Origin: Camelus dromedarius
Lineage: Eukaryota
Reading direction: 5' to 3'
Assembly: GCF_036321535.1 (NCBI RefSeq)
Contig: NC_087436.1
Coordinates: 97,404,001-97,468,000 of the forward strand
DNA length: 64,000 bases
Shown: in pieces, positions 13,294 through 26,639 of the stretch
Position numbering within the stretch: the first letter of the stretch is position 1
How the letters are laid out: the number at the start of each line of letters is the position of its first letter
Program-made: the position numbers and the translations under genes
Notes under the pieces: generated by a model
The model's input: only the letters and a program-made list of their open reading frames with translations
Database searches by the model: none
What the model was told of the DNA's origin: nothing

Positions 13294-14011
13294 ACACTTG
13301 GTTATGTCATATAATGAAAGCAATATGATAAACTGCTATTTTTCAGGTATTAATTTTTATACACTTTTCTAATTAAATGAATATATTTTACAGATGGAAA
13401 TTTTTGAAAGATGAATCTTATAAAAACAAAATAAGAGAGAGTAAATACCACACTAATTGAGAATCTTTCTTAATGACACAGTAGGAAAATTCAAGCTCAA
13501 CTCTAAGGATTTGAAAACTTCTAGCCAGGCTCCCGGGCTCTACCTTGTATTCCCTGAAGCACTCATTGCATTAAGAGCCCACAGCAAGAGGATAAAATTG
13601 CATGTCTGTGAAGGTGATTTAATGGCATTATGACATTTACTGAACACACAGAGTGCTTTAAATGCAACAGAATATACCTAACTTTGTAAAAGTTCTTTAT
13701 TTTTTTAAATGTCAAAGCTGTTAGAGCAGGAAAATTTTAAAAGCTAAATTTAAATCCTAGCATGAACATCAGAACAATCACCTCTTGGGTTTTTTTTGTT
13801 TTTTTTTTTTTCAACTCATTGCTGATTTTTCATTTCAAAATGTTACTTGAAAAATCCCACACCTCTGCTTTTTTTGCTTAAATATTTTCTTGATAGTCAC
13901 TAATATTAGAGATTAGTCAGAACCCCTATTTCCTCTCTGCTTTCTTTCCAAAATTCCTTCTACCTTTTCTATTTTCCACAAAGTTCAACTTCTTTCTTCT
14001 ATTGTCCTTTA

Positions 14012-14013
<2 letters not shown>

Positions 14014-14073
<60 letters not shown>
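14014..14073 (+). repeat. (TG)30 microsatellite
   Basis: 60 bp of uninterrupted TG. Confidence 0.98.
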
Positions 14074-14074
<1 letters not shown>

Positions 14075-15317
14075 TTATGTGGTAGTAATGAGGATGGGTA
14101 GGGTATGGTGGGAGACTTCATAAAAGATGGGAGACTCTCTTGTATGAAAATGGGGTTATGAGTAATTGAAGATATGGCCTTCCTGTCAAACTTGTTTGAG
14201 GGCTTAGAATTAAAACCTAGGCAACAGTTCAGGATTTTTCATTTGTATCTGATTTCTATCCCTTTGACACTTAATAGTTATTGACATACTGCTGTCCATT
14301 ATGCTCTCATATTCCAAGATGTTGCTATTACCAGAGAGGGGTGGGAAAGGCAGAAAAGGCAAATGCCTGACCACCAGGCATTTTAATGCTTCATTCTCTG
14401 GCAAACTAGCTTTTAGCTGGAAGCTACAGCTGCTGTTAGAGGGCTTATTTTTGTTAAAGTCTCTTCCCTCCTTTCCTGTCTTTCAAAGAGTTGGTCATAA
14501 AGTCCTGTGGCAGTGATAAAGCTATGCATTCACCAAAGAATTTCCATTGAAGAAGACTACATGTTTCAGCCTCTTAATCTAGGTGAGCCACATAAGTAAT
14601 TGGGTTCACTGGCATCAGGTTGGAAGTGAGGTTACCACTTGCCGATTGGAGACAGTAAACATCCTTGTGTTATACAGTGACACTGTAGTCTGCACATTGA
14701 GGATGGTGGGTGGTACCCAAGGTGTGGGCAGCCTGAAGCCGAGTGACTGCTGGGAAGCCAGCCACTAGGAAAATAGCCCAGTCAGAAATATCCATGTTTT
14801 ATTTTGATTACAAAAGAGATAACTTGTATTGTGTCAACTGATTAAGATTTGGATTTTTTTTTTTTGTCATAGCAGCCAGCGTTACTCATGCTGACTGATA
14901 TAAGAAATTTTACTTTGTGTTCACACACCTGATTCAGTCTCCTGTGTAGGCCTGCATGCTGACACCTGCAGCAGCATGAGACCTGTCTATGCCAAAATGT
15001 CTGAACATGCTCCTTACCCCTCTTCCATTATATTTTATCCTTAGATCCTTCCCATATGATCCTTTTATTATATAAATGATTTCTTTCTTTCTTGAAGAAA
15101 AGTAGGCTGTTGATAACCATTTTCATACTAGTATGACTTTAAGAATTCAGCACTAAGGTACCATATTCTTAACTGGGTGTGTGTATGGGGTGCTATGCAA
15201 AGAAAACACTGATTAGTTGAGGAAGTACTATTTAGGGAGATCTGGGGTATTAAGAAACCATGTATCATTGGCAAATGTTCCATACTCTTATATCTGACAA
15301 AATAAGGCATTTATTCC

Positions 15318-16035
15318 TATTTTTTAAATGATGGTAAAATGCATATAACATAAAATTTACCATCTTAAAATTTTTTTCACTTCTGTCTTAGTGTGTCCCC
15401 ATGCCTAATGTAACAAGCCGGTGTAAGGCCCACAGTGTAATCATGGGGATGAGGACAGAGCGCAGCCTCAGGTCCTCAAGCTTCCCTCACCCATTGGCAT
15501 GTCCACGGTTACAACTTCCTACCTTTACTTTTGGACACTATCTCTGGGTGTGTCAGCCTCCAAGAAAGGATAACTCCTTAGGTTTCAATGTCATTGACAT
15601 CCTAATTGTGATGAAATATCAGAGGCAGGGTTTTATGGAAGGGAGGAGCCCTGGGGATAAAGTGATTCAACTACAAGATTGCTTAGAAGAGGCAGTGAGT
15701 GTTAATGTGAGGATCACAGCTAAATATTTTGTATTATACAGTTTTAAGTTCCAACTGTTCTTACTAATGTGTTTTTGACCTCACTGCCTTTTTCAGATCC
15801 ATCTTCTGCTAGCATTTTTATTCAAACTTAAATACCCAGATATACACACTTAACCATCTTAAGTGTACAATTCAGTGGTATTAAATCCATCCATAATGTT
15901 ATGCAACAGTAACTTTTTTCATCTTGTAAAACTGAAATTCTGTTCCCATTAAACATCAATCTCCCGTTTCCCTCTCCTTTCAGCCCCTGGAAATCATTGT
16001 TCTACTTCCTGTATCTACAGTTTTGATGACTGTAA
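15318..16035 (-). mobile_element. L1MA/MB-type 3' end split by a 480-bp insert
   Basis: ggtaaaatgcatataacataaaatttaccatcttaa | insert | cttaaccatcttaagtgtacaattcagtggtattaa...cagcccctggaaatcattgttctacttcctgtatct. Confidence 0.8.
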
Positions 16036-17577
16036 GTTTTGAAAACATTATTTCTCTTCCTTGCTTTTGTTTCTTGTATTTTTTTTTTTACCATTTGTCA
16101 CCTCCTCCAATCCACTCTTTCATCATTTTATGAGAGTACTTACCATCTCAAAGAGGAAAAAAAAGGAACTTTAAAAAAAGGATGAAAGTGGAATGAGTGG
16201 GGAGAAATAGAGAGGATTCCAGGCAAACACAACGTATATTGGGAAAATACAATAAAATTATGACTTTAGAGCAGGACTATCTATCCTGTGATTCGTAATG
16301 TTTTCTGGTCTGGGAGTTAGGAAAGAGTTGGAGGTTAAAAAGGAGAACTTTGTAAATCCTAAAGGATTTTTGGATGTAAGAGCAGAGAGTAGGGCCCCTA
16401 AGAATATATAATTCTGTGACATCCTTAGACAGGATTTAGGATAGCTTCAAGGAAGTCCCAGAAAATTACAGAAAGAGCAGAACAAGTCTCGTGCGCAGAA
16501 GAGTGGCAAGAATGTTGTGGAGCACAGAACATCTGAGCAGCATAAGATGTCATGTACTTGGCAAGCAAACTCCATTTGTTTAAGAACAGCAGGGAATTGG
16601 GAGTGGGAAAGAACTATCTGAAACACTCAAATTTTTACTGAAGCAGAAAAATGTTACCTGTTTATCAGATTGACTAAAGACCTGCAAAACCTAAAAAGCT
16701 ATTACAACTGATAGAAAACTGAGAGGTGAGCATATGGAAAGATCTAACTCTTAGTGGATGCCATCATTAACAGATTCCATTAAATAAATGTAGTAAATTC
16801 AATTAAACAATGCAATTCCATCTTCATCCCATACCTTGCCATTATATGAAGACTACAGATTTCAGAATCAGCTTCAAGGAAAAGGATGTGGAACAGGAAA
16901 AAAAAGAAAAGAATGAGATTAATTTCTGCTAAGAGGTAAAGTGGGGCTTCGTATTAGAAGTCCAATTCAGAGAGAAAAATGACATGATCCTTATTATTCA
17001 CCTGAGTCTCTTATGCACAATTATAACTGCTGTTCTAATATACTTAGATAGATCCACTATCTCAAACCTTACTTCCTGGTTTACACGGGAGCCTCAGGGA
17101 CCCTGAGGGTTGGTTGTGACCTTTCTGTATTGGTAGTTCACTGTGAAGTAGTTTTTTAGGCATTTGGAGTCTATCCATCATTTACCTACATCCTCCCAGA
17201 TAAGTGATAATGCGTCAAGCATTTACTTGGAACTGTCACATTAACTGTAATCTCATAACTCATCCTGTCTTACTAATTGTCAAAAATATTTCCTGAGTGG
17301 CTTTGAAACTCCATGAAGAGAATTATGCTGTTTGGAGCTAGTGGAAGTCCAAGAGTTTCAAAGATTTGAGGGAGAGATTTTTAAATCAGCATCATCAAGA
17401 GAACATTGTCAGAATTTTCCTCCATTGAAAGGATTTGATACAATATTTAAGAGTAATTGGAGAAAGATAACAGTGTGAATGAATTTTGACAAAGCTCCCT
17501 GGATCAATGCACTGTTTCTTACTCACGGTTATTATTACTATTTCTAATGTGTTCATAATGTGTTTGAGGATTGCTAA

Positions 17578-18845
17578 TTCATTCAATAGATACTTGTTTT
17601 GAATCTCCTCTGTATAAGACATTGGAACAGGGGTTGAAAATAATAAGAATGAAGAGAGTTTTCAGTCCTTGGTGACATGAAGTTGAAAAGTAATGTGGGG
17701 AGAATAAAAATAAAAGAAATAAACGTTAAGTGGCAATAACGATATTTTAAAAACCTTTTTTTCTTCCTGTCCAAGGAAGGACAAGGTGAAAGCAAGTTGA
17801 AGAGAGTTCTTTGTACAGGATAGTCATAGTAAGTATGTTTGAAAGCTGGCACTTTATTGATACGTTTGTAGGAAATTGGGGAGCAAGCCACATAAATATC
17901 CTGGGGAAGTCATTCTAGGAGGAAAACACGAAAGTGTAAAGTGTCAGACAGTGTAATATTCCTAAGTGTGCTGGAGCAATGGCAATAACACCAAAGACTA
18001 GAGTTAAATTGTTGAGCAGGCTAGGGTAGGAGATGAGGTCACAGTGGTAATGGGGGCAAGATCACACAGAGATTTTAAGGAATTAAGCTCTTACTATGGG
18101 ACAGGAAGCCACTAAAGAGCTTTAAGCAAGGAAAGAACATAGTCTGATTTTTTTTTTTTTTTGACAGTATTGTTAGTGCTACAAGGGAGGCAACAAACCA
18201 AGGGAAAGATGACATTGTTTTCTCGAGGGTGTTAGCCATGGAGGTGGTGAGAAGTGTTCTGTTCTGCATTTATTTTAAGGTCAAACTAATGAAATTTTCA
18301 TATAATGGAGATTAGATGTGACAAAAAGTGAAGAATTTTGCCTAAACAACTGAATACGAAAAGTCACCATATACTGGGCATGGGGAAGACTGAAGGAGGG
18401 CCAGACTGTAGCAAAGATTATACTGTGTTGTGCATACACTTAATTTGAGATCTATATACTTATATATTATAAAAATATGGAACAAGAAGCAGAAGTTCTG
18501 GAGACAGGTCTTATTTGGAAGCATAAATTTGAGTATTTCTAAGTATCAAATTGGTGATTTAGTCGTGGGACTAATTAAGATCACCTAAGAATCTAGTGCA
18601 GTTAGAGAAGATACCCAAAGACTAATCTTAATCTAATATTTAGAAATCAGAATGGTGATGAGGGGAGAGGAAAGGAAAGTAAGAAGCAGCAGCCAGTGAG
18701 ATAAAGAAAAAATGATAAAGGAATATGGTGTCCCAGAGATCAGATGGCAAAAAAACCATTTAAAAATACTGGAATCATTAAATATAAATACTAGATTGAG
18801 GGAGAAGTGGCTAAAAAATTGACCACTGAATTTAGCTATTGGCTA
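17578..18845 (-). mobile_element. L2 LINE fossil
   Basis: starts attcattcaatagatacttg (L2 tail, reverse); ggaagccactaaagagctttaagcaag; ttgaccactgaatttagc. Confidence 0.8.
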
Positions 18846-19866
18846 AGTCAATTCTTGTTCTAATTCCTCTGCTGATAGTGTATGTTATAAAGCAAATTTA
18901 TTATTTTCCATGAATTTTAATTTCTATTGCTAGGGATAAATATTAAAACATCCCACTAGATTTTTTGAAAATTAAGTGATAGTATGCAGATGATATGGGC
19001 TATGAAAAGTGTACTTTCAGATTGTTTACTTTTTCATACTTCTAACTGAATTTCAGGATGCTGCTGATTCCCATGAATTTGGAATACTTGTAAGCACTAG
19101 AGCGAAATAAAGATTGCTTCTAACTTGTCACTGACCTACACTACAAAATGACTTAAAAAAAAAAAAAAAAAGAGTCAGAATGTTAACATAGTTGATGGGG
19201 AATGTAGGTCCGGGTAAGATAGAATTGCATGGCTACCATGCAAAACCCTGTTCACTTTCTTAGAGTAATTCATTCATAAGGTCTGGATTCTCTCCTCAGG
19301 TATGCCATATCAAGAATATATTCAAGTTCAGGTTAAAATATTTTGTTATAATAAAACATCTTTTCACCATTTGTCATAAAATAAAACTCATAAGCTTATT
19401 CTAAATTAGAATTAATATTTTTTTCAACTCATAATATATAGGAAAAGATATGAGCCTAAACTTGAGCCATACTAAGAAATAAAACTATGAAATATATAAT
19501 TATGTCCTCTCCACTTAAAAAAGGAAAGAAAGTAAATAAAAGATATGAAATTTATTCTTCCTTTTCCTTCTCCATTACCCCATGAGAAATTTTGTACATC
19601 TTTGACAATTAGCAAAAGCACCAAAAAACAAACAAACAAAACAACAAGAACACTTGGAGACGTTTGGAAGATTGAGAGCTATCAGGATTTCCACTATAAA
19701 AGAAAGGAGAATTTAAGGCAGAAGACAATGAAATTTGCAGAGGAGAAGTGAGAGGAGAAAGAGGGTTAAGTCTGTGAGGACTGGACTAGATTTTGATAAG
19801 AGATTTTAGAGCAACTTTTGAAGAAGTAAGGAAGATTTTGAGAATATGTAAATGTTGATAGCCTGC

Positions 19867-20232
19867 TGCCTTAGTCAATCTGGGCTGCTATAAAAAAGTA
19901 TTAGGTGACGCAAAATATTGTTTCTCACCATTCTGGAGTCTGGTAGTCTGAGATCAAGGTACCAGCCTGGTTGAATTCTGGTGATAGCCCTCTTCCAGGC
20001 TGCAGATTACCAATTTCTTGTTTTAGCCTCTTCTGGATGAGAGTAGAGATTGGAAGCAAACTCTTCTTGTGACTCCTATGAAGACAGTAATTCCCTTCAT
20101 GGGGACTTCACCCTCATGATCTCATTTAATCCTACTTACTTCCTGAAGGCCCCAGCTCCTAATACTATTGCACTGAGGTGGTAGGTTTTCAACATGTGCA
20201 TTTGGGGTATACAGGCATTCAGTTCATTAACC
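19867..20232 (-). mobile_element. MaLR MLT1A-type solo LTR
   Basis: 5-bp TSD CCTGC at 19862-19866 and 20233-20237; ctgggctgctata, gtctgagatcaaggtaccagc. Confidence 0.88.
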
Positions 20233-20389
20233 CCTGCATATTAAGGTAATGATAAAATAATACTAGCAAGTAAAAGAAGAGTTAGAGGAAGTTGAGCTCG
20301 GTGGGCAGATCTGGTATTTAAGAGGGAGAATTAGCTCATGGATTCATGATTTGGGTCTGATTAAAAGTGGAGAAGAGGACACTTTATCT

Positions 20390-20692
20390 TGTCTCTGTCT
20401 GAAATGCCCTCCCCACTCAATCCTCTTCCCTTCTTCACCTTCATACTCTTCTCTCAATCTTTTGATTTAGGCTCAGTCATCAGTTCCTCAGGAAATCCCA
20501 CCTGGATGACATAGTCTTAAATGCTGTCATAGAGTCTCACTGATGCCCTTGGGATTAGCCATTATCCTTATTTCACTTATCTCTTCCATTTGACAGCAAG
20601 CTACCTGAGAACAGGGACAGTTTGCATTCTGTTCAATGCCTCACACGCTGCTTGGTACACACAGTGCACGCTCAATAAAAATTTCTGCAAGA
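20390..20692 (+). mobile_element. L2 3' end
   Basis: caagctacctgagaacagggac...cttggtacacacagtgcacgctcaataaaaatt. Confidence 0.7.
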
Positions 20693-20754
20693 AATTAGTG
20701 ATTAGGAAGTCCTCAGGGCATCTTCGTGTGTTCTTGGTAAGACGTGGGTATACA

Positions 20755-20910
20755 ACTAATTGGATAGTGTTGTCATTCATTCGGGCAGAGCAGGAACAGA
20801 TATCGAAGGTAGGAGAACGTGCTTATTGCACCACTTTTTGATGTTGAGTTTCAGAAGATACCTGAGGGTCATGTATGTGGAGATAACGAGTCAGCTCTCG
20901 GGTATTGGGG
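20755..20910 (-). mobile_element. L2 internal fragment
   Basis: tggatagtgttgtcattca and ttttgatgttgagtttcagaagatacctgagggtcatgtatgtggagat resemble reverse-strand L2. Confidence 0.5.
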
Positions 20911-23229
20911 ACACTGTGCTTTAAATGTCAAGATAAAGGGTTTAAGATGCATCCAGTTACAGCAGGATCTAGAAAAAAGACCGAATGCGAGTGAGTGGAC
21001 CAAGAAGACATTTGCGCAGAAGTAAAACTGACAAGGGGCCAGAAAATGTAACTGACATTCCTTCATGCACGGAAGGCGCGGGAGACCAGGCTGTTGGATG
21101 TTGAGCCCCTTAACACCCGATGTGTAACTTAGCTGCACAGCAATGTTAATGCTTCATCAGAGGTTCCAGCACACGGAATTTCTTCCCTCATTTTAACTCA
21201 TGTTTATGAGACTCTGTACCTTATAATTTTGCCAGATATGAAATAGCCAGAGGACTTAGAGACCAATCATTTAAATCTGTATTTGAACCGAATGAAACCT
21301 TGAAAAATCCAGACTCTATAGAATGTTTCCATAGAATATTTTTACATACATTATCAGAAGAAGTGGTTTTAGACTAATCTGTATAACTTAGCAGTACAAC
21401 ACAATGCAATTTGTTACGGTGAAAATCAGTGATTTATTTTTTTCTATCAAAAACTTTTAAATTATAAAGGAATGGTTTAAATAATATATTTCTTAAGCTG
21501 ATGTAGCTAAACTTTTTGCAAGTAAGCAATTTGTTTGATAAGTAAAATAAGTTTTGTAAAGTATTGAGAACATTCTCAAATTACCTTCCCTTTTCTCAGT
21601 GTGAGATACAATTGACATATAACATTGTGTAAGTTAACCTGTACTCCCTCTTTTAAAACTAACTGAAAAATACATCTTTGTTATTGTACAAGAACAATTT
21701 TATTTCTCATGCAGCATTTTAGACATTAATCAGGGAAAAAGCTAGCTCTGGCCAGGGAAAGCTATCTTTAGAAACGAACATTTACACTATGCTTTTTATT
21801 TGAAAAGCCATTGAAGAACATAAATTAATCTTTACAACACTGTGGAGAAGTAGTTAATGACAGGAAGGATGGTCATTACTCCCATATTACAGATGAGTAA
21901 AACTACATTGCAAGTTTGGCGACCAAATTAAAATTATTACTCATGTGGCAAAACATTTATGACTATCCTCATCTGATATTTCATGCTTCAGGTTTTTTTA
22001 ATGCATAATCATCTCTTGGATGAGTAATTGCATTGCTTTGAGGTCTTTAAGACAAAAAAAGATGCTGAAGTAATAAGACAAGGCACATGGAGTTTGGTCA
22101 GTACACAATGGAATAGCATTACCCTCCACTGCATACCCAGTGGGAGAGAAAACTTACACATCACTGACATACTCCATCACTTCCCGTATGGGCATCATAT
22201 TCAATTAAGTAGAGAGCTCTCTGTCAACAAACTTGACATGCTTACCTAGGGAATGTCACAACCTCTCCCAAAATCAATATTCAAGAAATGATATGATGGA
22301 CTGACAGCTTCACAGATGAAGGAGTGTCCCTTGATTTTTACCTCATTTTGCTGCAGAACAGAGAAAAGTGCTCAAAGCATGAACAAACAAACTTAATTAA
22401 GCTTAAGGGATATGGTTGAGTAATGTAAATCCAGAGCAAACAAAGTCATGGAGCATTAAAGAACAGCTTAATGAAATTCTGATCAACAGGAAAAAAAAAA
22501 ATGAAGAGCTGCTTCAACTGATTCAATAAAGTTGATTCCTGGTGATTTAGGAGGGCAAATGTCCACTGGTAAGCAGTTATTTTTGAGAAGTAATTTCCTA
22601 GACTCTTTAGACTGATGCATATCTTGAGAATTTCTCTACTTTCTAACGTATCTGACAAACTGCTGATAGTTTTCTCTTTCTTCTTTGATCTATAAAATGA
22701 TTCATAACAGGCTCCAGAAATGGGGGAAAAAAGCATTTAAAAGTTTTAGTGGAAAAGAACAAAGACTAGGTTTATCAGCAAACACAAGTGCCCAGCCTCA
22801 GAAATTTTGGCAGGTATCTTTCTCTGGGACAACTTTTCTTAGATGGGAAGGCATTTCTTCCCATATTGTTGGGTTCATCTAACTTACCTCCTTTCTGATC
22901 CATTGTTCTATTCTCTGACTTTTCCTCTTACACTCTAATCTTCTTGGATGTCTTAGATGTCACATTAGCCACTTCTATGGGTTAAGATATCCATGAACTA
23001 AATTAAATGGCAAAGGTTAAGACATCATGAAATAATTCAAATTATAAATGATATCATTAATCTACATGTTAGTGCATGTTGACACATGAATCAGCTGGGA
23101 AACCCCTCTGAAAAGGGTGAGTGTACAGAAATTTTACTGGGAAAGAGATAGAAAGGAGTAAGCAAGGAAACATCACACATGAAGGTCTGGAGGAAGCCTT
23201 TTTTTTCTATTTAGAAATTGTGGTATCTC

Positions 23230-24512
23230 AACTCGAAATGGCTTGAAGACTTAAACATAAGACAAGATACTATAAACCTCCTAGAAGAAAACACAGGCAA
23301 AATATTTTCTGACATAAATCTTAGCAATGTTCTCCTAGGGCAGTCTACCCAGACAATGGAAATAAAAGCAAAAGTAAACAAATAGGATCTCATTAAACTT
23401 AAAAGCTTTTGTACAGCAAAGGAAACCATAAACAAAACAAAAAGATAACCAACCTACAGAATGGGAGAAGATATCTGCAAACCATGTGATTGACAAGGGC
23501 TTAATTCCTAGAATATACAAACAGCTCATACAACTTAATAACAGAAAACCAACAACCCAATCCAAAAATGGGCAGAATACCTAAACAAGCAATTCTTCAA
23601 TGAAGACATACAAATGGCCAATGGTTGCATGAAAATATGCTCAAAATCGCTAATTATCAGAGAAATGGAAATCAAAACTACAATGAGGTATCAATCTCTC
23701 ACCAATCAGAATGGCCATCATTCAAAAGTCCACAAATGGTAAATGCTGGAGAGGGTGTGAAGAAAAGGGAATCCACCCACACCATTGGTAGGAATGTAGT
23801 TTGGTGCAGCCATTATGGAAAACAGTATGGAGAGTCCTTAAAAAACTAAAAATAGATTTACCATATGACCCAGCAACCCCACTCCTGGGTATATATCCAG
23901 AGGGAAGTCTAATTCAAAAAGATATATGCACCCCAATGTTAATAGCAGAACTATATACAATAGCCAACACATAGAAATGTCCATCGACAGATGACTGGAT
24001 AAAGAAGTTGTGGTATACATATACAATGGAATACTACTTAGTCATAAAAAATAATGCCATTTGCACCAACCTGGATGGACCTGGAGATTGTCATTCTAAG
24101 TGAAGTATACTAGCCAGAAAGAAAAAGAAAAATACCATATAATATCACTTATTTGTGGAATCTAAAAAAAAAGAAAAAAAAAAGACACAAATGACCTTAT
24201 TTACAAAGCAGAAATAGACTCACAGACAAAGAAAGCAAACTTACAGTTACTAGAGGGGACAGAGGGTAGGGAAGGGATAAATCAGGAGTTTGAGATTTGC
24301 AGATACTAACTACTATATATAAAATAGATAAGCAAGTTTATATTGTATAGCACAGGGAACTATATTCAACATCTTGTAGTAATCTATGATTAAAAAGACT
24401 ATGAAAAGGAGTATATATGTATATGTATGACTGAAACTTTATGCTGTACACCAGAAATTGACACAACATTGTAAAATGACTATACTTCAATTTAAAAAAG
24501 GCAAAAAAAAAA
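23230..24512 (+). mobile_element. 5'-truncated L1 (about 1.3 kb, degraded ORF2 C-terminus plus 3' UTR)
   Basis: 15-bp TSD AAATTGTGGT(A/G)TCTC at 23215-23229 and 24513-24527; A tail; ORF2-like sequence. Confidence 0.95.
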
Positions 24513-25289
24513 AAATTGTGGTGTCTCTAATTTTAGATTACAAACCTCATTTTATGTAAAAAAAAAAAAAAGTGGAGAGAGAAACAGAGAGAGAGAAATG
24601 TAGAGATTCATTTCTACAACCGAACACAGTTCTATTTATAAGAAAAGAATGTAAGGAATAAATGATGAAATTAGGTTCATATTCAACTGCATATATATAC
24701 TTTTCCTGCTGTGGATGACTTCACTTTTTAGAAGAGAAATATATGATAGCCACTGACCTTTAACAATAACATATAATTTGGATTAAAAAAAACAAAACTA
24801 GAAAACCAGCAGAAAATCTCAGATATCCAGGATTCAGTTCTTCTAAAATAATTCCAAGTCAGGAAGTTAAAAGAAAAAGAGGCAGCAATGAGTTGTCTAA
24901 ATAATGTCACAAAAGTTCATGCTGGACGACATGCATTTGTCTACAAATACTATTGTTTTTCACTTGGCTAAATTCTTCCAAGACAGTATCCATTAGATAT
25001 AGAAATAGGAAATTGGAGGAAAGCTTGATAGGTATTCTTATTTTACGGATTTTAATGATAACTCTGTGTTATCAACAAAAGCTTAAATCTTTTTTTCTTT
25101 GTTTTTCTATTTTTTTCTTTTAATTCTTTAATGATTCAATAAATATTGTGTGCATGTAATATAGCAGGCACAGTGCTGGGCACTGAAGTTGTACATTTCT
25201 ATTACACAGGGGCAAGGCAGTTACCTAGGCTCTAATTTAGGCAGATTTCTATTTTAAAAGGCTGGAATGAATCTTTCAGGTATTTTGCA

Positions 25290-25430
25290 TTTTTAGCTAT
25301 TAGTAACTTTAGATATTTGGACAACTTTCTCAACATTTTTGGTGCTTAGTTCTTTCCTCCACAAAATAAGGAAATAATAGGAAATTCTTAAGCACATGGT
25401 CAGTGCCTGGCACATAATAGACATGTGACA
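25290..25430 (+). mobile_element. MIR fragment
   Basis: ttggacaactttct...cttagttctttcctccacaaaataaggaaataatag...cagtgcctggcacataatag. Confidence 0.6.
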
Positions 25431-25626
25431 CAGGTTAGTGTGATTTAGTATTAAAGGCAAAAATTTCAGCTATTCTGAAAATATACCTACTAAAACGCAC
25501 TTTACCCCCGAAGTCTTTGTATACTTAAATTTTACTATTTTTTCTGTCTCCAGTTTATTTCTGTGTTCTTTCATCTTTGAGAGAGGTTTCAAATATAAGG
25601 CACTCAGAAACTCAAAGTAGGGAGTT

Positions 25627-26447
25627 TGACTTAAAATTGAACAAAGGATCTGAAAGACATTTTTTTTTTCAAAAAAGACAAGCAGATGGCCAACAGGCAC
25701 ATGAAAAAATGTTCAGCATCATTAAGTATTAATGAAATGCAAATCAAAACCACAATGTGATATCACCTCACCATGTCAGAGTGGCTGTTACAGAAAAGAC
25801 AAGAAGTAACAAATGCTGGAGAGGATGTAGAGAAAAGGGAACTGTCATGCACCATTGGTGGGAACAAAAATTGGTGCAGCCACTTTGGAAAACAGTATGG
25901 AGTGTCCTCAAAAAATTATGAATAGAACTAAATATGACCCAGCTATTCCACTTATGGGTATTTATATGACAACCATGAAAACACTAATTTTAAAAGATAT
26001 ATGCACCCCTATGTTCATTGCAACATTATTTACAATAGGCAAGATATGAAAACAACCTAAAGGTCCACTGATGGATGAATGGAAAGAAGAGGTAGAATAT
26101 ATATGTACAATGGAATACTACTCAGTCATAAAAAGAATGAAATTCTGCCATTTGTGACAACATGAATGGACCTTGAAGTTATTATGTTAAGTGAAATAAA
26201 TCAGAAAAAAGACAGCGTATGATTTCACTCATATGTGAAATCTAATGAAGCCAAAGAAACTCAAAGGTACAGAGAAGAGATTAGTGGTTACTAGAGGGGA
26301 AGTAGGTTGTAGGTGGGTAAAATGCGTGAAGAGGTCAACTGTATGGTGATGAATGATAACTAGACTTATACTGGTGATCATTTTTCGATGTACACAGATG
26401 TCAAATTATAATGCTATATACCTGAAACTTACATAACTAAAAAAAAT
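25627..26447 (+). mobile_element. Older 5'-truncated L1 (L1MA-like)
   Basis: 12-bp TSD AAGTAG(G/A)GAGTT at 25615-25626 and 26448-26459; ORF 25855-26049 has [11 protein letters not shown]...CTPMFIATLFTI. Confidence 0.9.
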
Positions 26448-26636
26448 AAGTAGAGAGTTCAAGTAGGAATTGTGCTTCAGGATGTTTGAATATCTGGACA
26501 ATCCAAACTATCTTATACTAAGTGATGAATTCACTGTATAGTCTCTCCAATTCTATATTATCTATTATCTTTTGAAATAACCTATGCATTTAGAATTTCC
26601 AGCTTTTATACAAATGTTAGTTGTTTATTCCAAATC

Positions 26637-26639
<3 letters not shown>

